A stretch of DNA of 64,000 bases, taken from IMG/VR virus record IMGVR_UViG_3300036944_000273, positions 938 to 64,937 of that record. One strand, given 5' to 3'. This stretch comes from a virus. Lineage: Duplodnaviria > Caudoviricetes. Made by a program: the position numbers and the translations under genes. Below, in pieces: positions 38,985 to 48,699 of this stretch; positions within the stretch are counted from its first letter, which is position 1; each line of letters opens with the position of its first letter. The notes under the pieces are model-generated. The model ran no database searches. It was not told where the DNA came from and was given only the letters and a program-made list of their open reading frames with translations.

Positions 38985-39171
38985 AGGTTTCATCGTAATA
39001 TTGTTTTCCATCAATAAAGTAATATGAATTATTAAAAGATTCTTCTATCTGCTCTTTCTCCATTTGTTTGGCATATTCAATATATTTTCTCATTGAAGCC
39101 ATACCAAATTCGAAATTGTAAAGGTTTATTTTTTCTTCCAACCAATCTACTGCCGTTTGTTTAGTTTCCAT
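38974..39171 (-). CDS. Hypothetical protein (KQTAVDWL..AKQMEKEQI family)
   Basis: Motif common in Bacteroidota phage small genes. Confidence 0.65.
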   Translation of the reverse strand: METKQTAVDWLEEKINLYNFEFGMASMRKYIEYAKQMEKEQIEESFNNSYYFIDGKQYYDETYGK

Positions 39172-39182
39172 TGTCTTGTTGT

Positions 39183-39461
39183 TTAATATACACTTGAAGG
39201 TCTTACAATTTCTAATTGCCTCTTACCAAAGTTATCTGTGTATTCTACATGATAGTCTTGAAGATTAGGTAATGCACCTATAACTACTACCTTCAATGAA
39301 TCTGGCTTTAGATATACAACATCACCTACTTTATACTTCAATGTAGGTTTTGGGCTAGTGAACGGGTGGGTCATGCAAAACCAAATAAAATACCCTGATA
39401 ATACAATCAATAATATTACTCCTAATATTGCTTGTATTGATTCCTTTCTATTCTCAGTCAT
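39183..39461 (-). CDS. Membrane-anchored protein with SH3/KOW-like domain
   Basis: N-terminal TM segment, KYKVGDVVYLK. Confidence 0.55.
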   Translation of the reverse strand: MTENRKESIQAILGVILLIVLSGYFIWFCMTHPFTSPKPTLKYKVGDVVYLKPDSLKVVVIGALPNLQDYHVEYTDNFGKRQLEIVRPSSVY

Positions 39462-39840
39462 TGTCTTGTTGTTTAGCTATTTCAATTAATTTATCAATAC
39501 AAGCATTCTCTGCTCCTTCGTATGTTTTAAACGCTTCGCTATCCCAGTCTCCGTAGCGAACTACATAAATATTTTGCATAAGCCTTGATGGGTGCATATG
39601 AGCATTATACTTCTCCCTAAACCATCTAAATACCTGTTGTTTAAGCGGGGCTGTCGTTTGTGTTTCGTCATCATATATTCTGTAACCATTAAGGGTATTT
39701 AATGTCATTATCCAGCTTATTTCAAGACCTTTCTTATAATCTCTTAGTTCAGATAATTGATAACACCCAAAACATTTTTCATCAAACCCTAATTCCTTCA
39801 AAGCTAATGCTTGTTCGTGTGTTACAAATTCTTTTTCCAT
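39454..39840 (-). CDS. Hypothetical protein (EFVT.EQALALKELGFDE family)
   Basis: APLKQQVFRWFREKY..TYEGAENACIDKLI. Confidence 0.7.
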   Translation of the reverse strand: MEKEFVTHEQALALKELGFDEKCFGCYQLSELRDYKKGLEISWIMTLNTLNGYRIYDDETQTTAPLKQQVFRWFREKYNAHMHPSRLMQNIYVVRYGDWDSEAFKTYEGAENACIDKLIEIAKQQDND

Positions 39841-39841
39841 T

Positions 39842-42214
39842 TTATAAAAGTTCTAATTGTTCTTTGTACTCAATTGTCATCCACTTACCGGCAGCATCAC
39901 GACCCTCATCAGGGTTGCGACCTGTCTTATGCAATGCATATGTCCGTAACCAAGAATTAAATCTCTGCTTAGACAGCATTCTGAACATGCCATTGTTGTC
40001 CATGATGAACTTATCAAACGCCTTGTCAGGTCTGAACTTCTCATTAAACGGCACAACCGTTGACCCAAACTCAGCTATCCACTCAACAAACTCAGCGTTA
40101 GTCTCAGCCCGGAACTTACGCTCCTTAAGGTTGACAAACTCGCACTTGATTAGCCCCGTGTGTAAGTAGCTTCTTAGCACCTTGACCATGTAGTTGTCGA
40201 ATGCACACCAATCTTCTACGTTCCAATCGTTGAATAGCAACCTGCCGAACTCGTCTTGTGGCGTGAAGTCTTTGCTGTAGAATTGCTTGAACTCCATCTC
40301 CCACTTACGTCTCTCAAATGAGTTACCCTTACCTTGGATAGCGTAGTTAGTTGTTATCACTACCTTGGGTGACTTATGGAATGGAATCTTTATCGCATCC
40401 TTGTTCTTACGTTCAATGGTTATACCCTCAGTAATGACAGAGAATAATCGCTCGAAGTCAAAGTTCTTCTTCACGTCATCGAACACGAGCACCTGCGTGT
40501 CTGTTGTCACCAACTGATAAGCAAATGACTTGTCGAACGAGAATGACTTGCCATCAATGGTCACTAGCTTCTTCATGCGACTGATGCCGTTCATGAACAA
40601 GCCCTTACCTGTACCACCCTCAGGGTTCTCAGATATCACCTCGTCATTAATAATCACCGCAGGGCAATACCCACCATTCTTGAACGCATGCAGAACGAAG
40701 CCAATTGTAGACTCAATAGATGCCACACGCTTGTCATCATTACCGCCAATGTTGCGTATGAATGTTTTGTAGTCACACTCATCTGAAGGACAGAATATAA
40801 AGTCTCGCTGTATCACCTGGTCTGACCAAATGTACCCACCAAGATCCTCATAATTAAGTAGTATCACATCATTCTTTGTAACCTTCACCACGCCATTGCG
40901 GTAGTATAGGTACGCCTCATCCTTTGTATCCTCAACAAAATATATTGAGATGGAATCTAGCATCGACAGAAAGTCTTCCCTAAAGAATCGAGTCTTGTCT
41001 GCAAAGAAATTGTACACGCTTAAGTCTTGGAAATTAGTTAGTATATGGTTAAGCACAAAGTCTTTGATGTCATCCTCACTGCACATCTCTATCAGGTTCT
41101 GATTGATACGTACAAAGATGAATCCTTTGTTGCCCTCAGGCACATACTTACGATACCCATTCTCTTCCAAGAATCGCTTAAGGTCGTAGTGTATCAATGT
41201 CACCACGCCCTTGTCGTTCTTAGTCCAAAATATATTCTTACTCTCCTCCTCTTCAATCTTAGTTAAGACTGAATCAATAGTTCCGTCCTCCACCCCGGAG
41301 GCTTTCAATTGAGAACGGACTTCTTTTTTTGGCACGCCACGATTTAACTGCACCTTCACCTCGTTGACCTTGTGTGTGTCCTCAAAGTATTTAGTTGCGT
41401 GTTGGTCCTTAAGCTTGTATGCCGACTCGATGACAGACTGAATCTCCTTGGAGTTAAAGTCTTCTGATGCGAACGCCATCAATCTGTACATGGCCTCAGA
41501 CTTAGTAACCCCGTACTGGTTGAATGCGGAGGCCAAGATGAATAGGTTATTGTTTCTTGACCCCTGCACAAAGCCATACTTGCCTTCCCACCATTTAGCT
41601 AGGCGTGAGATAATCTCATCCTCGTCATCGATAGGTATGGTCGGACGTTGGTCTTTAGTCACGTGGTCAATCTCACCCTCTTCAATTTGATTCCACTCGT
41701 GTGAGTTTAAGTTCACATAGATGGTAGGGTCATACGACTCATAGCATACACGTGAGATGTTCTTGGAAGTTACGTCAAACTCAGGGCAATTGTAATACTT
41801 TTCTAAAGCATTGAAGTATGCCTTATGCTTCTCAGGGTTAGTAGGTATCTTAACCAATACCTTCAATCCATTTCCTGATGGAGATACGAATACGGAGAAC
41901 GTATAGTTGTCAGCAGATAACTCCTCCTTCTTAGCCAGCATCTCTGCGTGCGAGGGGAAATTGTCCATGTCTATACATATCAATCCGCTGTGCTTAAGCA
42001 ATGATGCATCATCACGCTTAGAGAATGTACCGGAGAAACAAATAGCAGGCAAGTCCTGCTTAAGTTTATTACGCTCCTCCTTATTCTTCTCTAATCTGAT
42101 CTTGCGAACAAGCTCCTTAGTCTTTCCTTCCTTGATGCGAACAAGTATATCTAACACATCCTTGTGGAAAGGTACAGCGGTCTCTTTTATGTTGCGAAAG
42201 ATTGTTACTTCCAT
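39842..42214 (-). CDS. Primase-helicase (BT4734/VirE-N + PriCT + P-loop helicase)
   Basis: LPAICFSG..GLICIDMD..FVSPSGNGLKV..DVTSKNISRVCYESYD; GSRNN; GGTGKG Walker A, VFDDV Walker B, ITTN. Confidence 0.88.
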   Translation of the reverse strand: MEVTIFRNIKETAVPFHKDVLDILVRIKEGKTKELVRKIRLEKNKEERNKLKQDLPAICFSGTFSKRDDASLLKHSGLICIDMDNFPSHAEMLAKKEELSADNYTFSVFVSPSGNGLKVLVKIPTNPEKHKAYFNALEKYYNCPEFDVTSKNISRVCYESYDPTIYVNLNSHEWNQIEEGEIDHVTKDQRPTIPIDDEDEIISRLAKWWEGKYGFVQGSRNNNLFILASAFNQYGVTKSEAMYRLMAFASEDFNSKEIQSVIESAYKLKDQHATKYFEDTHKVNEVKVQLNRGVPKKEVRSQLKASGVEDGTIDSVLTKIEEEESKNIFWTKNDKGVVTLIHYDLKRFLEENGYRKYVPEGNKGFIFVRINQNLIEMCSEDDIKDFVLNHILTNFQDLSVYNFFADKTRFFREDFLSMLDSISIYFVEDTKDEAYLYYRNGVVKVTKNDVILLNYEDLGGYIWSDQVIQRDFIFCPSDECDYKTFIRNIGGNDDKRVASIESTIGFVLHAFKNGGYCPAVIINDEVISENPEGGTGKGLFMNGISRMKKLVTIDGKSFSFDKSFAYQLVTTDTQVLVFDDVKKNFDFERLFSVITEGITIERKNKDAIKIPFHKSPKVVITTNYAIQGKGNSFERRKWEMEFKQFYSKDFTPQDEFGRLLFNDWNVEDWCAFDNYMVKVLRSYLHTGLIKCEFVNLKERKFRAETNAEFVEWIAEFGSTVVPFNEKFRPDKAFDKFIMDNNGMFRMLSKQRFNSWLRTYALHKTGRNPDEGRDAAGKWMTIEYKEQLELL

Positions 42215-42247
42215 TGTACTTTTCTTAGATAAATTGGATTATTTATA

Positions 42248-42445
42248 AATTTGTACATTTTTATGTATAAAAAGTGTACAAAATATTTTAAAGTTGGTAT
42301 GGATAACTAATTGATTATTAGTTATTTATATTCTTTAGTGTACAAAATGTAGAAAATAAAAGGGGAAAACGAAAAAAAATAAAAAAGCACTAAGTAAGTT
42401 TTTATATATAGTCGTAAGCCCCCTCTATTTTATACATTTGTACAT
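42248..42445. repeat. AT-rich non-coding element with TGTACA palindromes (copy 1); candidate replication origin
   Basis: Shares ATAACTAATTGAT, TTCTTTA.TGTACAAAATGTAGAAAA(A)TAAAAGG and TTTTATATATAGT with 51256-51530; lies upstream of the primase. Confidence 0.7.
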
Positions 42446-42446
42446 G

Positions 42447-42764
42447 CTAGAACGGCAAGTCATCACCCTCTTCTACTACAGGAGCAGGAGCAGGAGCAGG
42501 CGTTGGCGTAGCAGGAGTTTTCTTAGCTGTTGAGCCACCTTCTGTTGTCCATACTAACTTTCCATTAGCCAAGTAGTTTCTATTAGCCTTAGCCTCACGT
42601 TCTTCCTGGGTCTGAGACTCAATAATAGTTAAGGTGTTACCATACTTATCTGCCTCGTCATTGATAGAGATAGTAATGTTAAGGTAGTTGCCTTTTTCTC
42701 CTTTAACTAACTTGTCCTTGGAGATTTTTGATACATCTAATGATGCTGAAAATAATTGTGCCAT
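42447..42764 (-). CDS. Putative single-stranded DNA-binding protein
   Basis: KGNYLNITI..DKYGN..YLANGK; Pro/Ala linker; acidic tail DDLPF. Confidence 0.75.
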   Translation of the reverse strand: MAQLFSASLDVSKISKDKLVKGEKGNYLNITISINDEADKYGNTLTIIESQTQEEREAKANRNYLANGKLVWTTEGGSTAKKTPATPTPAPAPAPVVEEGDDLPF

Positions 42765-42778
42765 AATTTATTGTTTGT

Positions 42779-42961
42779 TTAATTGTTTCTATATTTTGGT
42801 CTTGGGATCCAACCCCATACTGGAATTACTCTATTATCAAATAAAATCCATACATCTCCGTTCCATCTTCCTAAGTGAACTCCATTATAAGGTCCTGTGT
42901 CGCAAATGTATAATCCTTCTTCATTGGGATTATCGGTATTCCATATTATTTCCTGTTCCAT
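42779..42961 (-). CDS. Small hypothetical protein (DUF551-like)
   Basis: W...P...G.Y...W...W..P pattern. Confidence 0.5.
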   Translation of the reverse strand: MEQEIIWNTDNPNEEGLYICDTGPYNGVHLGRWNGDVWILFDNRVIPVWGWIPRPKYRNN

Positions 42962-43695
42962 TATAAAGTCTCTGATTTAAAATACTGAGTGATGTCATCG
43001 GTAGCATTTGCTCCGAAGAACTTTTGATAAACCTCGATAGCCTTGTATACCTTCTCTCGTCCCTTGTCTAGGAACTCATCACTGCATTCAAATAGACCTG
43101 TCCGACAGGTTTCTTTTTCAACAGCGATGAATACCATAGGCTTACCGAACAATTGATTATATATATATGCTTGACTATCGTAATTATATTTGCGTGCAGA
43201 GAATCGGAAATCATCTAGGTTTCCAGTACTCTTCAGGTCAATGAGTATCTCACTGCCCACAATATCTGACTTGCCCTTCCATTGCACACCACCAATCTCA
43301 CCGACAGCTGGCACCTCATACTCGTTGCCTGCATCACGGATCATGTCATAGAATGTAAAGTTGGCAAGCAAAGCCTTGACCATGCGGTCAATGTCATCAG
43401 CTTCCTTCTGAAGCAGTAACATGTCCACACCATGTGATGCGATGGCCTCCTTGTAGATGTTGGTCGTGCGTGTAGATGCCTCCACCTTAGGGAAGTTCAC
43501 CACCTTCTCAGGCTCAAGGATAGATGCGTGGAAGTAAGACCCTGCAAGCATAGCAGGAGTCTTATCTTTGTCCTTACCAAACTGCATCGGGTTGTATAGC
43601 AACGCACCGATGTCTGAGTTAGATAAGTAGTTCTTGCCGATACCCGAGTAATACTCGGTGTCGTTGCGTAGGGTTTCTAAAATGTTATTGCTCAT
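42961..43695 (-). CDS. PD-(D/E)XK exonuclease (RecE/DUF3799-like)
   Basis: LSNSDI, GSYFHASILEP, KGKSD, IDLKST, YDSQAYIY, FIAVEK. Confidence 0.85.
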   Translation of the reverse strand: MSNNILETLRNDTEYYSGIGKNYLSNSDIGALLYNPMQFGKDKDKTPAMLAGSYFHASILEPEKVVNFPKVEASTRTTNIYKEAIASHGVDMLLLQKEADDIDRMVKALLANFTFYDMIRDAGNEYEVPAVGEIGGVQWKGKSDIVGSEILIDLKSTGNLDDFRFSARKYNYDSQAYIYNQLFGKPMVFIAVEKETCRTGLFECSDEFLDKGREKVYKAIEVYQKFFGANATDDITQYFKSETL

Positions 43696-44092
43696 TTACG
43701 TGTGGGTTTTTAGTTGTCATTTCTGCCCATGTGGCTGCCAATTCTTTAATTCCAAAAATAGATGCAAGATACTTATCACCTGATTTTCCAAAAAAATGAG
43801 AAACTCTCCAATCTACGAAACCATATTCTCTAACCCAAACAATGTCACCTATCTTTGGTAGTTCTTCAGGGCGTTCTTGTGAAAATCCTTCAAGCGTGTA
43901 TTCGGTGAAGGATAACATTATTGGCCCTTTTTCATGATAACGCCCATCTTCGGTGAAAGAAGCATTACCTATTGGGAAAGAACATCTAAGAGGGAAATGA
44001 GTATGATCAGAATCATATTTTCTAAACACCTCGCCCCATCCTCCAAAATAATAGCAAAATACCTTGTCTCCTTCTCTAAATATAGCCTCCAT
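43685..44092 (-). CDS. Hypothetical protein (AT-rich insert)
   Basis: FREGDKV..GWGEV..FTEDGR..LSFTEY. Confidence 0.6.
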   Translation of the reverse strand: MEAIFREGDKVFCYYFGGWGEVFRKYDSDHTHFPLRCSFPIGNASFTEDGRYHEKGPIMLSFTEYTLEGFSQERPEELPKIGDIVWVREYGFVDWRVSHFFGKSGDKYLASIFGIKELAATWAEMTTKNPHVNEQ

Positions 44093-44691
44093 TACTTGCG
44101 TAGTTTATCAATTGCTTTCTTAACTGAATCTGATATCTCATACTTAACCGACAACTTCTTAATGATGTCAGCAGTGGATGTGCCCATGTTGTCAATGACA
44201 AATGTCGACACCTTCTCCCAATTAGCATCGCCCTCTACCAACGCCACCTTAGCCGTAGCTTTAGGCTGTGCCTTTACCGCCTGCATGTTAGAGTCTGACT
44301 CCGATGGGAAGTCCTCCTTAGCGTAGATGTTCAACGCCAAGCCATGTAACGCCAACGCCTTAACGGTCGAACGCTGAATAGTCTTGTTCACCTGCATTGA
44401 TGTAAGATTAGCCAATGGCACAGACTGATTACGCATGTCCATGACAGGCAAGTAGTCAATGTGCTCCTGACCTTGAATGGTCACGCCAACCTTGACCCAC
44501 GCAGTTGAGCCATCCGTGAAGTAGTTCATGCACGTATCACTCTCATAAACCGTGCGTGTCATGTCGGGGAATAACTTCTTGCATTCCGCCCAGGCATGTG
44601 CCCATGATAAGTAAGTTAGATTACCTCTCTTCTCTGTTTTACTCGAGAGATTAAGCGAGCTGAGTTGCTCGAATACTGATTTGTTTGACAT
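44092..44691 (-). CDS. Sak/Rad52-like single-strand annealing protein (DUF1071-like)
   Basis: LTYLSWAHAW, VKVGVTI, LPVMD.RN, VNKTIQRSTVKALALHGLALNIYAKED. Confidence 0.85.
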   Translation of the reverse strand: MSNKSVFEQLSSLNLSSKTEKRGNLTYLSWAHAWAECKKLFPDMTRTVYESDTCMNYFTDGSTAWVKVGVTIQGQEHIDYLPVMDMRNQSVPLANLTSMQVNKTIQRSTVKALALHGLALNIYAKEDFPSESDSNMQAVKAQPKATAKVALVEGDANWEKVSTFVIDNMGTSTADIIKKLSVKYEISDSVKKAIDKLRK

Positions 44692-44716
44692 ATTTGATTT
44701 GATTAAATGTGTGCGA

Positions 44717-44724
44717 CAAAGATA
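44717..44724 (-). promoter_or_regulatory. Bacteroidota -7 box TATCTTTG (minus strand)
   Basis: Upstream of the recombination/replication operon. Confidence 0.6.
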
Positions 44725-44750
44725 AAATTAAAATTGATATATACAAAAAG

Positions 44751-45071
44751 TTATTTATTTTGTTCATCACTTTCTTTATATAGTGCAAAACCTAGTAATA
44801 AGTAATTGTACAAATCAGCCCATCTGCTATCCAATGGCTCGGCCTCAGGTAGATTAGTATTCTTGATATGTGCCTGTATGCTAGACAATTGCTTATCAAA
44901 AAATATTGACCATACCTGCAATGGCGTAATGCCTGCTCGTGATGCCGCCTTCTTGAAATTATTTAGCACATCAGATGACTCCATTGTATACTCAGGTTCT
45001 TTTGCGATTCTGATCTTGCGTGACATTTCATGTAACTCATCAACCACAATTTTAAAATCTTTCTTTTTCAT
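44751..45071 (-). CDS. All-alpha nucleotide-modification-associated-like protein
   Basis: K..EY..LNNFK..K....I..D..ADLYNYL. Confidence 0.5.
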   Translation of the reverse strand: MKKKDFKIVVDELHEMSRKIRIAKEPEYTMESSDVLNNFKKAASRAGITPLQVWSIFFDKQLSSIQAHIKNTNLPEAEPLDSRWADLYNYLLLGFALYKESDEQNK

Positions 45072-45243
45072 AACTTGTCAATTTCTTTTTTAACTCCATT
45101 AAAATATTTTGATGCCTTATCAAGGCTATTCAATTTAATCTCATCAACAATTAGATGAGCCACTTCTTTTATCTCATCAAGATGAGTAAGTGATGTGCTG
45201 AACATAATCTTATGTATCAGCATGTTAGTGTATTCTTTTTCTG

Positions 45244-45795
45244 TCATACTTCTTTAGTTTTAGGGAAGCGTACTTGTACCCATCCCGATTTGATTTTACG
45301 TTGCTTCTTGTAGTCCGTGTATGGATATAAATTATAATACCCAGACTTACTCCTGTTGACTAGCACCTTCACCTTGCAGTGCTCACATGTTAGGTTCATC
45401 GCAGTCTTATTACCTGACTTGACAAAGAACTTATCTATTACCCCAACATCGTTAGCCTCCTTACAATGTGGACAATTAGGGCGGTGCTTTAAGTACCCAC
45501 CCCTATCTCTGTCCATGTCCTCGCCAACATCTAAGTACCCATTATGCAATGGGTAAATCTTTACTGCCCCACTCGTATTGATCCGTATCGTTACTCGCTT
45601 AGTACACTTCTTGCAGAAGCCTGATACAATCCTTAAACTCGAGGTTGTGTCAAATCTCTCAGCTACGTACTTCTTAGTAAACTTATACTCACAATGTGGG
45701 CATCCCAACTCATCTACTCTGACCATCTCTTCTTGGTTAAAAATCTTAAGATTATACATAGGGGCAAAACAAATACAATACCTATAACACCCCAA
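45244..45795 (-). CDS. Double zinc-ribbon protein
   Basis: CPHC..CKKC and CPHC..CEHC units. Confidence 0.6.
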   Translation of the reverse strand: MGCYRYCICFAPMYNLKIFNQEEMVRVDELGCPHCEYKFTKKYVAERFDTTSSLRIVSGFCKKCTKRVTIRINTSGAVKIYPLHNGYLDVGEDMDRDRGGYLKHRPNCPHCKEANDVGVIDKFFVKSGNKTAMNLTCEHCKVKVLVNRSKSGYYNLYPYTDYKKQRKIKSGWVQVRFPKTKEV

Positions 45796-45932
45796 AATAG
45801 AAATTCAATTATACTACGCATCATAAGTCAAATTTTTTAAGTTCTTTTAAATATGTACTCTTCTTCATGCAATATACTCGTGTGCCCAATCGGTCGACAT
45901 ATGAGCTGTCAATCACGTCGGACCAATCACAC

Positions 45933-46286
45933 TCACGCTGTGGCCTTGGCAAGTTTCTTAAGACGTCGGTCTTCTGCCCTGTCCCTGCGAGATAACTTCC
46001 GGATAGAATTAAACTTCCCAGAATCAATGAGTTCTTTTTCATAAGATTTAATTTTGTTAACACCATATATCACGGCCGAATGTGCAACCGGAAAATTATA
46101 CCGCTCGCAGTATCGTTGGATATCACATACCCTGAAGCCTTCCTCCGTGCATAGCAAATAGAAATGAAAGCGTGCGTCTGCAATAGCAGCTAACCTCGTG
46201 TGTAAAAACAAATCTCTTTTAAGTAGTCGATGGCGGTAGCATATCATGCGTGCAAGCTCATCCATTTTTTCAACGTCAGTAATCAT
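45933..46286 (-). CDS. DnaA C-terminal-like HTH protein
   Basis: R...IADAR..Y.L....I......HSAVIYG. Confidence 0.6.
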   Translation of the reverse strand: MITDVEKMDELARMICYRHRLLKRDLFLHTRLAAIADARFHFYLLCTEEGFRVCDIQRYCERYNFPVAHSAVIYGVNKIKSYEKELIDSGKFNSIRKLSRRDRAEDRRLKKLAKATA

Positions 46287-46937
46287 AAAAATTTAATTAT
46301 TAAATATATAATATAACTCCAGATGGCAATCTGACCAATGAGTATCATTCGTCCTTGCCTTATAATTTTCTTCGGGTCGTGTATCATACGTGATAAATAA
46401 AATGTGCCAAGTAAAATATAATGATGCAACAAATGACCCATATAAGTATGGCCCTATAAATTATTTTTTGATCTTCCATTCTTAATTAATATATAAACTG
46501 AGTAAATACATAGTGACAACATTATGGCCTGCCAACTATAGCCTAGCATCATGCAGATAAACACTGCGATTGCTAATAAGTATTGGATAACAATTAATCC
46601 CAACATAAATATTCATTCATTAAGTTATCGAAGTCTCTTACTATTTGTTCAAGTGCATGGCTATGCGTAGTGAATAGCCATGTTGCATTCTCAAATGCCT
46701 GCAGTATAAATCTATTAGTGATAGGGTCTTTATCGAACGTCACTTGTAGCTGACTCCAGTTGCTCAATGGCAGTATAAGTCGTCCTTTCTTTTTGCCCAA
46801 AAGAAGTAATTCGCGAAAATGATTTAAGTTTTGATTCATCTAATTTTTGTTTTGATAATGCTAATTGAAAATCTAAATTCTCTAGCCACTCAACGGGTGC
46901 GTAGGCTATGTTAAAGGTTGCAGGTCTTTCGTCCATA

Positions 46938-47240
46938 TTATTTATTGTTTATTTTTTTATCTGAAAATAGTTTAACAATTTGATCGGAATCAACATTGAG
47001 GTCGTATTGGAAATACCCCTCCATGGGAATAAATACTTCGAACTTATTGTACTTATTGTACACCGATAATGACATCTTCGTACTAATTCTTTTGCCATCT
47101 ACGTAGATGTTCACGTGATAGTAATCCGTGGGCATTAATTCTAATTTAGAAACCTCTACATCTACGTCATGATTTTTTTCTAAGCTATGCTTTATCTCAT
47201 CACAAAGCATTTCAATTTGATTAATATCCATGTTATTCAT
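46938..47240 (-). CDS. Hypothetical early protein
   Basis: 100-aa ORF in a tightly packed cluster. Confidence 0.5.
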   Translation of the reverse strand: MNNMDINQIEMLCDEIKHSLEKNHDVDVEVSKLELMPTDYYHVNIYVDGKRISTKMSLSVYNKYNKFEVFIPMEGYFQYDLNVDSDQIVKLFSDKKINNK

Positions 47241-47574
47241 TATCTAAAAGGTTAAGGATTGGACAAATAGTTTCTTGAATATCTTCAATGGTTGAGTACG
47301 CTTCATCATCTTCATCAAGTGTCTCTTTAATCCAATCAAGCTTGCAGTAGTACACATCGCCAAGTTTATGTGGCTGACCCGTATCCTCGTCTTGCCAATT
47401 GTCCCAATTGACTGCATTGATAGCTTTTTTAATACACTTATGCATATCACCTTTATCGTGAAATCCGCTGGCACTATAGCCACGTCTAACTAACTCAGAC
47501 ACTAAGTCTGATGTACTGAATAAATCTAACTCTGATGCGTTCTTGTTAAGCATCGTTAAGGTTGTTGGTTTCAT
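47233..47574 (-). CDS. Hypothetical early protein
   Basis: 113-aa acidic ORF. Confidence 0.55.
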   Translation of the reverse strand: MKPTTLTMLNKNASELDLFSTSDLVSELVRRGYSASGFHDKGDMHKCIKKAINAVNWDNWQDEDTGQPHKLGDVYYCKLDWIKETLDEDDEAYSTIEDIQETICPILNLLDNE

Positions 47575-47575
47575 G

Positions 47576-47812
47576 TTATTCTATGCGTTTAGTTACTTGT
47601 TCTTCTAATATTCCAATAATTAAATCATTTACCCTATCATCCTGCAATACTTCCTCCATAATCTCACTGCACTCCCATGCAGTAAGGCGGTGATTGGTTT
47701 CATTGCATTCGTTGTATTCGTCAAGTATTACTTGCACCGCTTCCATGTGCCACAATGACCTAGTGGCATAGCCTTTCTTGCTTAATTCAATCTTTAATTC
47801 TTTCGCATCCAT
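47576..47812 (-). CDS. Hypothetical early protein
   Basis: 78-aa acidic ORF. Confidence 0.55.
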   Translation of the reverse strand: MDAKELKIELSKKGYATRSLWHMEAVQVILDEYNECNETNHRLTAWECSEIMEEVLQDDRVNDLIIGILEEQVTKRIE

Positions 47813-47813
47813 A

Positions 47814-48152
47814 TTATAAGTGGTCTAAGTGAATAAATTCTGGTACTTTATAAAACTGCATCATGTAGTCAATGGTCTCACCATCGGTCATGTTTGCATC
47901 GGGATCGATTCTACTGAAAAAATCTCTCCAATCCCTATTGTTCTTCTCTATCGTAATCTGCTTGATGTCTTCGTAGAATATCTCTACGTATCCATCCCAT
48001 CCTACAACTGCATCCATTAAATCTTTGAGTAATGAGGTGCGTTCGTTGTACTTGATGATACCATAGTTATCACCACTATCTAGGAGTCCTTGTACTCCAT
48101 GCTCTTTAAATGCTTGAACTGAATCTAGTCCCATTAAAAAATACTTGTCCAT
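47814..48152 (-). CDS. Hypothetical early protein
   Basis: Likely start MDKYFLMG. Confidence 0.55.
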   Translation of the reverse strand: MDKYFLMGLDSVQAFKEHGVQGLLDSGDNYGIIKYNERTSLLKDLMDAVVGWDGYVEIFYEDIKQITIEKNNRDWRDFFSRIDPDANMTDGETIDYMMQFYKVPEFIHLDHL

Positions 48153-48154
48153 AA

Positions 48155-48355
48155 TTAATTTGCGTTTAATTGATTTAAAATTTCCATCTGCCAATGTGTA
48201 GGTAAATCAGTACACGGAATTACAATCTCATTTCCGTGGCAGTCATTTAAAGCCTCTTGCTTATCAGCATACAATACAATTTCTCCATTTGAGAATTTGA
48301 TTGGATTATCATTTGCAAAATCGTAAATGACATAATCTAATTTTAAATTTCCCAT
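48155..48355 (-). CDS. Hypothetical protein flanked by 21-bp direct repeats
   Basis: CCATAATTAATTTGCGTTTAA at 48149-48169 and 48352-48372. Confidence 0.6.
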   Translation of the reverse strand: MGNLKLDYVIYDFANDNPIKFSNGEIVLYADKQEALNDCHGNEIVIPCTDLPTHWQMEILNQLNAN

Positions 48356-48357
48356 AA

Positions 48358-48567
48358 TTAATTTGCGTTTAAATAGTTTACAATTTTATCTGAATCAAAT
48401 CCCGTGGACTCCACGTAGTCAGTCAACTCATCACCAACCTCGGTGAATACTTTCTGCTCAAGAATCTCACGTGTAAGCTTATCGATAAGCTTCACAATCA
48501 TCACTCCCGAGGAGGATGTAAGAAGGTGGATAATATACTCCTTTGTTTTAAATACTTTGCGTGCCAT
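48358..48567 (-). CDS. Hypothetical early protein
   Basis: 69-aa ORF. Confidence 0.55.
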   Translation of the reverse strand: MARKVFKTKEYIIHLLTSSSGVMIVKLIDKLTREILEQKVFTEVGDELTDYVESTGFDSDKIVNYLNAN

Positions 48568-48699
48568 GTTAAATCTTTTTAAGTTTATGAATAATAGTTA
48601 AGCCAATGATACCATAGCCTAGGAAATCCCAAAAGCCAAAGGGCTCATGGATGCCTACGAATAAGCACCCAATCCCCATGTATAGTCCTAGTAATGTTC

